NCBI GenBank assembly: GCA_965237985.1 | Contig: OZ250161.1 | Location: 104,078 to 168,077, forward strand | Length of the DNA stretch: 64,000 nucleotides | Source: Candidatus Oxydemutatoraceae bacterium | Lineage (GTDB): Bacteria > Pseudomonadota > Gammaproteobacteria > Poriferisulfidales > Oxydemutatoraceae | Direction of reading: 5' to 3' | Shown here: piece after piece, positions 9,139 through 17,702 of the stretch | Position numbering within the stretch: position 1 is the stretch's first letter | Layout of the letters: every line of letters begins with the position of its first letter | Translations under genes and position numbers: made by a program | Notes under the pieces: generated by a model | Seen by the model: the letters and a program-made list of their open reading frames with translations, nothing else | Told to the model about the DNA's origin: nothing | Databases searched by the model: none

Positions 9139-10536
9139 ATGTTGCCAGGAATTTCAGCCAGAGTGTTGCCGGAGCTGCGAATGGACTTTAGGAATGGTAT
9201 TTTTCCCGTGCTCAGGGGCAAGGGTCGCGGCTTCCTGTTTTTCTTTCTGGCTGCGTGGTTTTTTCTGTTGCTTACGCCTCCGTCGTCGGCGGTGTTGAAA
9301 GTCGATGTCAGGGAAGGGCAGCGCGGTAAAATTCCCATCGTCGTCTTGCCTTTTCCTGGAGAAGAAGAGGGCCCAAGAAATTACAGTGGCATCATTGCTT
9401 CGGATCTGGAGCTTACCGGCCAGTTTGCGGTACGCGGTCTGGATGTCCGGGATCTGTCCGTGACAGTTGGGCAAGAAAAAACAGATTACGCCGGGTGGCT
9501 CAAACGGGGAATTGAAAAGTTTGTTACCGGTGAAGTGATACGCAGTCCGGCGACCCACCTGCCAGAGTTGCGATTTGAATTACATGACCCAATCAGGGGA
9601 CAACGTGTGTTTGTTAAATCATTCAGTATTCGTGCCCTTCCGAAACGTCTGGATCATGTCAGCCGCCTGGCACATACGGCCAGCAACGCGCTGTACAAAA
9701 GCCTCACCGGCATGCCTGGTATTTTTACTTCGCAATTGGCTTTTGTCAGTTCGGAGAAGACCGGTTTGAAAAGTCGTATTTACAATCTTTGCCTCAGCGA
9801 TGTTGATGGTCAAAACATTTTCGTTTTGTTTTCCTCGAAAACATTGCTGATGTCTCCTGTCTGGTCGCCAAGCGGACAGGAAGTCGCTTTCGTGTCTTTT
9901 GCCAGTGGCCAGCCGGAACTGCTCATCAAGCCCTTGAATAAACGCCCGATAAGAACTTTGGCACCATTGACCGGCGCTGCTTTCTCCCCCGCCTGGTCGC
10001 GCGATGGTAACCACCTGGCTTATACTGGTCTGCGGAATGGGAATTCTGAAATCTATGTTCTTGATTTGTCTACGAAACAGGTGCAGCGAGTCACCAATAA
10101 TCTGGCAATAGACACGGAACCGGCGTGGGCACCGGATGGTACGCTTTATTTTACTTCGGATCGCAGTGGCAACCCGCAGCTGTACAAAACCGCCTGGTTG
10201 GATCCGCACCCGCAACGGGTGACTTTTTCGGGTTCGTATAACTCTGATGCGGCGGTATCTCCCGATGGGTCCCGCTTGGCTTTCCTCGGTGTGCGTGACG
10301 GAAAGTATTCTATTGTGATCAGGCACTTGAGTGAAAAGTCGGAAATCATTTTAAGCACCGGGCAGCTTGACGAAAGCCCACGGTTTCTCGGCAATGGTTT
10401 TTTGCTTGGCTATCTTACGAGCGAGGGTTCAGAAAGCATTCTTGGTGTCGCAACAGTGGACGGCCTTTTTGGCAGGAAGCTCAGATTGCGAAAAAGTAAT
10501 GTCCGGGCAATTTCGTGGTCCCCTTTAAGACGATGA
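9139..10536 (+). CDS. tolB: Tol-Pal system beta-propeller protein TolB
   Basis: TolB N-domain followed by WD40-like repeats (SPAWSRDGNHLAYT, EPAWAPDG). The true start may be Met 9181. Confidence 0.9.
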   Translation: MLPGISARVLPELRMDFRNGIFPVLRGKGRGFLFFFLAAWFFLLLTPPSSAVLKVDVREGQRGKIPIVVLPFPGEEEGPRNYSGIIASDLELTGQFAVRGLDVRDLSVTVGQEKTDYAGWLKRGIEKFVTGEVIRSPATHLPELRFELHDPIRGQRVFVKSFSIRALPKRLDHVSRLAHTASNALYKSLTGMPGIFTSQLAFVSSEKTGLKSRIYNLCLSDVDGQNIFVLFSSKTLLMSPVWSPSGQEVAFVSFASGQPELLIKPLNKRPIRTLAPLTGAAFSPAWSRDGNHLAYTGLRNGNSEIYVLDLSTKQVQRVTNNLAIDTEPAWAPDGTLYFTSDRSGNPQLYKTAWLDPHPQRVTFSGSYNSDAAVSPDGSRLAFLGVRDGKYSIVIRHLSEKSEIILSTGQLDESPRFLGNGFLLGYLTSEGSESILGVATVDGLFGRKLRLRKSNVRAISWSPLRR

Positions 10537-11456
10537 TTGCTGGCCCGCATTCGTGCCCCTTGGCACGGTCTTCAATAAGCGTTCCAGGCTGTCTGTGGTG
10601 TGCATGCCTGGGTCTTGTCATCGCGTTTTATTCGTTTTCTCTGCATGCGCAAAATACCGAGGAGGCGCCCCAGTTTGAGGCTCAACAGGTGCGGAGTTTT
10701 CAAGTCATTCTTTTGGAACGTGTTGAAAATCTGCATCGGGAACTGCAGGCCTTTCGGGGGCGAAATGAAGTGCTGCGTGCCGAATTGACGGCGTTGCGCA
10801 GCCAATTGGAATCCTTGGAAAAAACAGTGGCCGAATTGCCGGACACGAAGCATTTTTCAGTGCAGTTGTCTTCCCCGCATCACGTTGTCCTTCCTGGATC
10901 AGTGGGGCGGAGTGGTGAGCTTGGCAACGCGGTGCCGGATATGGTACCCGCCTCAACCCGACGGAAGACAGGCACCGCCCGTCTGGTAGTCGACAGCTCG
11001 CCACGTGCTTTGTCCGCAAGGTGGTCTCCAGATCTGTTGCCGGGAGCAACGCAGGGAGGAGCCGGTTCCGATGGCAGTGATGATCGGGATTACTACTTGG
11101 CACTTGCCCCGTTGAAAAGCGGGGACTTCGCGGTCATGAGGCACAGGCTCCAGGAATATGTGGATACACATCGTAGTGGTGTGTACTTGGCTTCTGCCTG
11201 GTACTGGATTGGGGAAAGCTGGTACGAACAGGGAGACTACAAAGAAGCACGGCAGATATTTGAACAGTTTCTACAGGATTACCCGCAACACGAGCGGTAT
11301 CACGATGTGCGTTTCAAGCTTGCTGAAATCTACCGTGCGCAAGGACAGATGAGGCAGGCGAGGATGTTTCTTGAAGCGCTTTCCGGCGTGGCGGATGAAC
11401 GGATCAGCACGGTAGCCCGACAACGTTTGAAAACGCTGGGTGATGTGCAGCAATGA
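10533..11456 (+). CDS. cpoB: Cell-division coordinator CpoB/YbgF (signal peptide, coiled coil, TPR repeats)
   Basis: ATG at 10533 overlaps the tolB stop (ATGA). The C-terminal TPR region reads ASAWYWIGESWYEQGDYKEARQIFEQF. Confidence 0.8.
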   Translation: MIAGPHSCPLARSSISVPGCLWCACLGLVIAFYSFSLHAQNTEEAPQFEAQQVRSFQVILLERVENLHRELQAFRGRNEVLRAELTALRSQLESLEKTVAELPDTKHFSVQLSSPHHVVLPGSVGRSGELGNAVPDMVPASTRRKTGTARLVVDSSPRALSARWSPDLLPGATQGGAGSDGSDDRDYYLALAPLKSGDFAVMRHRLQEYVDTHRSGVYLASAWYWIGESWYEQGDYKEARQIFEQFLQDYPQHERYHDVRFKLAEIYRAQGQMRQARMFLEALSGVADERISTVARQRLKTLGDVQQ

Positions 11457-11461
11457 GTTGA

Positions 11462-12130
11462 GTGCCTGAGCCGACTCCTTCCCTCCGCCTGATTCGCAAT
11501 GATTTGCGGGTGAGTGAAATCTTTTTTTCCATCCAGGGAGAGTCTTTGACGGCGGGTGTGCCGACTGTGTTCGTGCGTCTTGTTGGTTGTCCTCTGCGTT
11601 GTTCTTATTGTGATACGGAGTATGCCTTCCATGGCGGGAAATGGATGGACATGCAACAAGTGCTGCGTTCTGTCAGCCGTTACCCGACACGTTTTGTGAC
11701 CGTTACCGGGGGTGAACCATTGGTACAAAAAGCCTGCCTGTGCCTCTTGACCCGCTTGTGTGACAGTGGTTACCAGGTGTCACTTGAAACCAGTGGAGCT
11801 TTGTGCCTGAGTGGCGTTGACCTGCGCACCACCATTGTCATGGACATTAAGACCCCGGGCTCCGGGGAAGTGGCGAGGAATGATTTTGCAAACCTCAATT
11901 TTCTGAAAGAAACTGATCAGATCAAGTTTGTGATTTGTAATCGGAATGACTATGAGTGGTCCAGGAAGCAACTGATGAAACGCGACTTTTCCTGCAAAGT
12001 GCTTTTTTCTCCGGCATGGGGATGCCAGTCGCCGACAGAACTTGCCGAGTGGATAATGGCAGATGGCCTTGTCGTGCGTCTTCAGTTGCAGATCCACAAA
12101 GTGCTGTGGGGCGACACACCGGGCAGATGA
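11462..12130 (+). CDS. queE: 7-carboxy-7-deazaguanine synthase QueE (radical SAM)
   Basis: CPLRCSYCDT radical-SAM cluster motif. Size and neighbourhood with queC. Confidence 0.85.
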   Translation: MPEPTPSLRLIRNDLRVSEIFFSIQGESLTAGVPTVFVRLVGCPLRCSYCDTEYAFHGGKWMDMQQVLRSVSRYPTRFVTVTGGEPLVQKACLCLLTRLCDSGYQVSLETSGALCLSGVDLRTTIVMDIKTPGSGEVARNDFANLNFLKETDQIKFVICNRNDYEWSRKQLMKRDFSCKVLFSPAWGCQSPTELAEWIMADGLVVRLQLQIHKVLWGDTPGR

Positions 12131-12143
12131 GCACGGTTGACCG

Positions 12144-12875
12144 GTGCGCCGAGTTTCCCCCCGTCCTCGGACTTTCCTGATTTTGAGTCGCATAACAGAC
12201 AGGGGGCTCCCTCCGGCTGTGGTGTTGCTTTCCGGCGGAATGGATTCGGCAACTGTTTTGGCAGTAGCGGCGGGAGATTACAACTGCTACGCTTTGAGCT
12301 TCAGCTATGGTCAGAAACACGCAGCAGAACTGAATGCCGCGCAGGAAATTGCTCAACAGTTTGCGGTAAAAGAGCATGTCATTTTTCCTGTGGACCTGAC
12401 GATGTTTGGTGGTTCGGCTTTGACGGATGCGAAAATTCCGGTTCCGAAAAGGGGCGCTTCAGGGGAGGGAATCCCGAGTACCTATGTTCCGGCACGCAAC
12501 TTGATTTTTTTGTCGTTGGCTTTGGCCTGGGCGGAGACGCTTGGCAGTCGTCATATTTTCATTGGTGCCAACGTAGTGGATTATTCTGGTTATCCCGATT
12601 GCCGTCCGGAATTTTTCCGGTCTTTTGAAGCGACCGGGAGTCTTGCTACGCGGGCTGTTGAAAGTGGGCATTCGGTTGTGGTGCATAGCCCCTTGTTGGA
12701 AATGAGCAAAGCGGAAATTATTCTTTTGGGCGTAGGGCTGGGTTTGGATTATTCGCAAACGGTGTCATGCTATAGTGCGGATACACGTGGATTGGCGTGT
12801 GGCGCATGCGAGGCCTGCTTCTTCCGGAGGAGGGGTTTTGCGGAAGCGGGAATCCCGGATCCAACCAGATATTGA
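12144..12875 (+). CDS. queC: 7-cyano-7-deazaguanine synthase QueC
   Basis: PP-loop SGGMDSATV. C-terminal Zn-binding CxxC...CxxC. The true start may be internal. Confidence 0.85.
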   Translation: MRRVSPRPRTFLILSRITDRGLPPAVVLLSGGMDSATVLAVAAGDYNCYALSFSYGQKHAAELNAAQEIAQQFAVKEHVIFPVDLTMFGGSALTDAKIPVPKRGASGEGIPSTYVPARNLIFLSLALAWAETLGSRHIFIGANVVDYSGYPDCRPEFFRSFEATGSLATRAVESGHSVVVHSPLLEMSKAEIILLGVGLGLDYSQTVSCYSADTRGLACGACEACFFRRRGFAEAGIPDPTRY

Positions 12876-12908
12876 CAGTAGGTGTTTTTTTTGTGGCAGC
12901 TGATGTAC

Positions 12909-12981
12909 GGGTCGTTAGCTCAGCTGGTAGAGCAACGGACTTTTAATCCGCTGGTCGCAGGTTCGAATCCTGCACGACCCA
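12909..12981 (+). tRNA. tRNA-Lys (anticodon TTT)
   Basis: GGGTCGTTAGCTCAGCTGGTAGAGCAACGGACTTTTAATCCGCTGGTCGCAGGTTCGAATCCTGCACGACCCA folds as a cloverleaf. Anticodon loop is CTTTTAA. CCA is not encoded. Confidence 0.9.
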
Positions 12982-13037
12982 CATTTTTTTGTGGGCAGAT
13001 GTTGGTGTTTTCTTTTCATATTTCATAGGTTGCTCTA

Positions 13038-13385
13038 ATGACGACGCAGGATAGTGTGTTCAGGAAAATTATTGACCGCAGCATCGATGCGGACATTGTC
13101 TACGAGGATGATCTGTGTCTGGCGTTCAAGGATAGCCGGCCGGTCGCCCCGACGCATGTGCTGATCATTCCCAAAAAGCCAATTCCCAGGCTGTCGGATG
13201 CCACTGCACAGGACCAGGAACTGTTAGGTCATTTGTTCATCAAAGCGCGGGAAGTGGCAGTGTTACTGGGTTGCGAAGACGCTTTTCGTCTGGTAGTCAA
13301 CAACGGTGCAGAAGCCGGGCAGACGGTGTTTCATTTGCATATACACCTGCTTGCCGGGCGGCCTCTCAGCTGGCCACCCGGCTGA
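13038..13385 (+). CDS. HIT family (histidine triad) nucleotide-binding protein
   Basis: HIT motif HLHIHLLAG at the C-terminus, 115 aa. Confidence 0.75.
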   Translation: MTTQDSVFRKIIDRSIDADIVYEDDLCLAFKDSRPVAPTHVLIIPKKPIPRLSDATAQDQELLGHLFIKAREVAVLLGCEDAFRLVVNNGAEAGQTVFHLHIHLLAGRPLSWPPG

Positions 13386-13395
13386 GCACCGGTCG

Positions 13396-14307
13396 TTACT
13401 GCACAGGCGGCTTTCCTTCCTTTCGGGACCTATTGGCTGCACAGTCTTCGGTGGGCATTTCCTCAACCAGGAAACTCGGGTCCAGTCGTTTTTCAAACCA
13501 GTTTACCCGCCAGTCAAGATGCGGGCCGGTCGCGCGTCCCGTGGCACCGACTTCCCCGATGATTTCTCCCTGTTCTACACGGTCCTTGTGTCTGACCAAC
13601 AGTTTTTCAAGATGCAGGAAAGACGATGAAATGCCATGCCCGTGGTCTATGATGAGTGTCCCTCCTGAAAAAAACAGGTCATTTTCCGCGAGGGTTACTT
13701 CGCCGCCGGCAGGTGCGCGCACTGGCGTGTGTGTTGGACACGTCACGTCGATTCCGTAATGCGGCCTGGCAGACCTGCCGTTCAGTATCCTTTGACTGCC
13801 ATAAACCCCGGTCACAATTCCGTATAGAGGCCAGATAAACGGTCCGACAAAGTTACCGTTGGCGCTGTCCACTGCCCGTGCCTTGCGCACCATGCGGGTT
13901 TCTTTTCGAATGCGCGACCAGTGTTTTGGATCGGGGCTGACTTTTTGGGCCTGCAGTCCGCGGACATGTTGTGTCTGATAGGTGCGTTTCGTGATCGTCA
14001 AGGTTCTGGAATTCCTTTTCCCTCCGGGAGTTTCTATTCTCAGGGTAGCTTCGGCCTGTGCATCTCTTCCGAACCCGAAAACGAATTTTCCTGCGCGGGT
14101 CAGCTGTAGCCTTCGGTTGTCCAGGTATACGGAATTCCCAGGTCTTGTTGTCCCCGACACCAAGCCTCCCTGGGTAAAGTTTCCGTGAAGATCCAGTTGC
14201 GCCAGTGCGGGCCTGGCAAACAGCAGGCACAGCAAAATACAAAGTGTCTGCATTCCGCCCAGCTTGTTAAAATGTGGTCCCTGCGTCCGCATGGCATTTA
14301 TTTTCAC
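13396..14307 (-). CDS. M23 family metallopeptidase (murein DD-endopeptidase-like) with signal peptide
   Basis: HYGIDV...GHGISSSFLHL...GPHLDW M23 motifs. The N-terminus is hydrophobic. Confidence 0.8.
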   Translation of the reverse strand: MKINAMRTQGPHFNKLGGMQTLCILLCLLFARPALAQLDLHGNFTQGGLVSGTTRPGNSVYLDNRRLQLTRAGKFVFGFGRDAQAEATLRIETPGGKRNSRTLTITKRTYQTQHVRGLQAQKVSPDPKHWSRIRKETRMVRKARAVDSANGNFVGPFIWPLYGIVTGVYGSQRILNGRSARPHYGIDVTCPTHTPVRAPAGGEVTLAENDLFFSGGTLIIDHGHGISSSFLHLEKLLVRHKDRVEQGEIIGEVGATGRATGPHLDWRVNWFEKRLDPSFLVEEMPTEDCAANRSRKEGKPPVQ

Positions 14308-14570
14308 CCGCTTTCCCTGCGTTGTTCCGGGGGTTTCAAAAGCTCAAAGCATTTTTGGGAAACGCCTCCTGAACTGGTCTTGATGAGCCGTATAATAACC
14401 GCGTCCTTCGGACGGACCTGGGTGCTTCTTTATGGGTTGGTATGCCGTGCCGCACGGAAAAGGGGCAGTTATTTTTTCGTGAGACTCAGTTGATGGTTTA
14501 TGCTTGTGCAAATTGCTTGCCGACAGGTTTTCAGCGCACCGCCGGGCAGTTTCCGAACGATGGGATTTCA

Positions 14571-16568
14571 CTTTGAAAACAGGAGCATGAAGCCATGAGG
14601 CCTCCTGCACGTTTGTTGCTTGAAGACGGCACTGTTTTTTGTGGTTGCCAAGTGGGTGGGGACCAACGAGGGGATGGCGGTCGGCGAAGTGGTGTTCAAC
14701 ACGGCGATGACTGGTTACCGGGGGATATTGACCGCTCGTCTTGCCGACAGCAGATTATTACCTTGACCTGCCCGCATGTCGGCAACGTCGGGACAAACGG
14801 TGAAGATTCTGAATCGTCCAATTGAAAACAGGAGCATGAAGCCATGAGGCCTCCTGCACGTTTGTTGCTTGAAGACGGCACTGTCTTTTGTGGTCGCCAG
14901 GTGGGGACCGACGAGGGGATGCGGTCGGCGAAGTGGTGTTCAACATGGCGATGACTGGTTACCAGGAGATATTGACCGATCCGTCTTACCGACAGCAGAT
15001 TATTACCTTGACCTGCCCGCATGTCGGCAACGTCGGGACAAACGGTGAAGATTCTGAATCGTCCAATTGAAAACAGGAGCATGAAGCCATGAGGCCTCCT
15101 GCACGTTTGTTGCTTGAAGACGGCACTGTCTTTTGTGGTCGCCAAGTGGGGACCGACGAGGGGATGGCGGTCGGCGAAGTGGTGTTCAACACGGCGATGA
15201 CTGGTTACCGGGGGATATTGACCGATCCGTCTTGCCGACAGCAGATTATTACCTTGACCTGCCCGTATGTCGGAAACGTCGGGACAAACGGTGAAGATTC
15301 TGAATCGTCCAATTGAAAACAGGAGCATGAAGCCATGAGGCCTCCTGCACGTTTGTTGCTTGAAGACGGCACTGTCTTTTGTGGTCGCCAAGTGGGGACC
15401 GACGAGGGGATGCGGTCGGCAAGTGGTGTTCAACACGGCGATGACTGGTTACCGGGGGATATTGACCGATCCGTCTTACCGGCAGCAGATTATTACCTTG
15501 ACCTGCCCGCATGTCGGCAACGTCGGGACAAACGGTGAAGATTCTGAATCGTCCAATTGAAAACAGGAGCATGAAGCCATGAGGCCTCCTGCACGTTTGT
15601 TGCTTGAAGACGGCACTGTCTTTTGTGATCGCCAAGTGGGTGGGGACCAACGAGGGGACGGCGGTCGGCGAAGTGGTGTTCAACACGGCGATGACTGGTT
15701 ACCGGGGGATATTGACCGATCCGTCTTGCCGACAGCAGATTATTACCTTGACCTGCCCGTATGTCGGCAACGTCGGGACAAACGGTGAAGATTCTGAATC
15801 GTCCAATTGAAAACAGGAGCATGAAGCCATGAGGCCTCCTGCACGTTTGTTGCTTGAAGACGGCACTGTCTTTTGTGGTCGCCAAGTGGGGACCGACGAG
15901 GGGATGGCGGTCGGCGAAGTGGTGTTCAACATGGCGATGACTGGTTACCGGGGGATATTGACCGATCCGTCTTACCGGCAGCAGATTATTACCTTGACCT
16001 GCCCGCATGTCGGCAACGTCGGGACAAACGGTGAAGATTCTGAATCGTCCAATTGAAAACAGGAGCATGAAGCCATGAGGCCTCCTGCACGTTTGTTGCT
16101 TGAAGACGGCACTGTCTTTTGTGGTCGCCAGGTGGGGACCGACGAGGGGATGCGGTCGGCGAAGTGGTGTTCAACATGGCGATGACTGGTTACCAGGAGA
16201 TATTGACCGATCCGTCTTACCGACAGCAGATTATTACCTTGACCTGCCCGCATGTCGGCAACGTCGGGACAAACGGTGAAGATTCTGAATCGTCCAACTG
16301 AAAACAGGAGCATGAAGCCATGAGGCCTCCTGCACGTTTGTTGCTTGAAGACGGCACTGTTTTTTGTGGTTGCCAAGTGGGTGGGGACCAACGAGGGGAT
16401 GGCGGTCGGCGAAGTGGTGTTCAACACGGCGATGACTGGTTACCGGGGGATATTGACCGCTCGTCTTGCCGACAGCAGATTATTACCTTGACCTGCCCGC
16501 ATGTCGGCAACGTCGGGACAAACGGTGAAGATTCTGAATCGTCCAATTGAAAACAGGAGCATGAAGCC
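14571..16568 (+). repeat. Tandem array of eight partial copies of the carA 5' end (about 246 bp each; 5'-UTR with SD plus first 74 codons), head-to-tail directly upstream of intact carA
   Basis: ATGs at 14595, 14844, 15089, 15335, 15579, 15829, 16079 and 16320 each follow GAAAACAGGAGCATGAAGCC. Each copy ends ...GAAGATTCTGAATCGTCCAATTGA. The ninth ATG at 16569 is the intact gene. Confidence 0.9.
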
Positions 16569-17702
16569 ATGAGGCCTCCTGCACGTTTGTTGCTTGAAGA
16601 CGGCACTGTCTTTTGTGGTCGCCAAGTGGGGGCCGAGGGGATGGCGGTCGGCGAAGTGGTGTTCAACACGGCGATGACTGGTTACCAGGAGATATTGACC
16701 GATCCGTCTTACCGACAGCAGATTATTACCTTGACCTGCCCGCATGTCGGCAACGTTGGGACAAACGGTGAAGATTCTGAATCATCCACAGTATTTGCTT
16801 CTGGTCTGGTGTTGCGGGATGTTCCGCTCATGGAACAGAACTGGCGTAGCGAATGTTCTCTTCCTGACTTTTTGAAACTGCGGGGAGTGGTCGCGATTTG
16901 TGATGTGGATACCCGGCGCCTGACGCGACATTTACGTGATCAGGGTGCGAAAAACGGGGTTTTGTACAGCACAGACTATAGCGATGAAGAAGCAAAGAAA
17001 GCTCTGTTGGCATTTCGTGGACTGTCCGGCACTGATCTGGCAGCGGAAGTCAGCACCTCCCACGCCTACGACTGGGATGAAAGTGTGTGGTGCCCTGGAG
17101 GCGGGTTTGCCACCAGGAACGACGGTGATTTCTACGTGGTGGCATATGATTTTGGAATCAAGCGGACGATTTTGAGAATCCTGACCAGCCTGAATTGCAA
17201 AGTGCGTGTTGTGCCGGCTAAAACCCCGGTGGGTGAGGTTTTGTCCTTGCGACCTGATGGTGTGTTTTTGTCCAATGGCCCGGGAGATCCGGAGCCATGT
17301 TTTTACGCGATCGAGTCAGTGCGTAAGATCCTGGATGCAGGCATCCCTTTGTTCGGGATATGTTTGGGGCATCAGCTGCTGTCTTTGGCGTGTGGTGCGC
17401 GCACTGTGAAGATGAAATTTGGCCATCATGGTGCCAACCATCCGGTTGAAGAACTGGCGACCGGAAAAGTCTTGATTACTTCCCAGAACCACGGTTTTTG
17501 TGTTGACGAGAGTTTTTTGCCTTCCTGTTTGTCCGCGACCCACCGCTCCCTTTTTGACCAGAGCCTGCAGGGGGTTCATCACACCGGGAAACCGGCCTTC
17601 GGGTTCCAGGGACACCCCGAAGCCAGCCCCGGCCCGCACGATCTGGTACCGTTTTTCTCCCACTTCATGGATTTGATGAAAGATTGTGCCAAAAAGAACT
17701 GA
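16569..17702 (+). CDS. carA: Carbamoyl-phosphate synthase small subunit CarA
   Basis: N-terminus [21 protein letters not shown]...[20 protein letters not shown]. GATase triad region GICLGHQ. It overlaps the carB start. Confidence 0.9.
   Translation: MRPPARLLLEDGTVFCGRQVGAEGMAVGEVVFNTAMTGYQEILTDPSYRQQIITLTCPHVGNVGTNGEDSESSTVFASGLVLRDVPLMEQNWRSECSLPDFLKLRGVVAICDVDTRRLTRHLRDQGAKNGVLYSTDYSDEEAKKALLAFRGLSGTDLAAEVSTSHAYDWDESVWCPGGGFATRNDGDFYVVAYDFGIKRTILRILTSLNCKVRVVPAKTPVGEVLSLRPDGVFLSNGPGDPEPCFYAIESVRKILDAGIPLFGICLGHQLLSLACGARTVKMKFGHHGANHPVEELATGKVLITSQNHGFCVDESFLPSCLSATHRSLFDQSLQGVHHTGKPAFGFQGHPEASPGPHDLVPFFSHFMDLMKDCAKKN

Noticed and set aside
14571-16568. Possible CRISPR array, because of regularly spaced repeats (also 40530..42975)
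   Set aside because: Units are ~240 bp with no short repeat/spacer alternation. The whole unit is a recognisable coding fragment of carA or rpe, and no cas genes are nearby.
14696-16745. Several 60 to 250-aa minus-strand ORFs spanning the carA repeat array, and the matching sense ORFs such as 14888..15070
   Set aside because: They are antisense or out-of-frame translations of the repeated carA fragment. Their sequences are just the repeat read in other frames. The sense mini-ORFs are kept as part of the array description rather than called genes.
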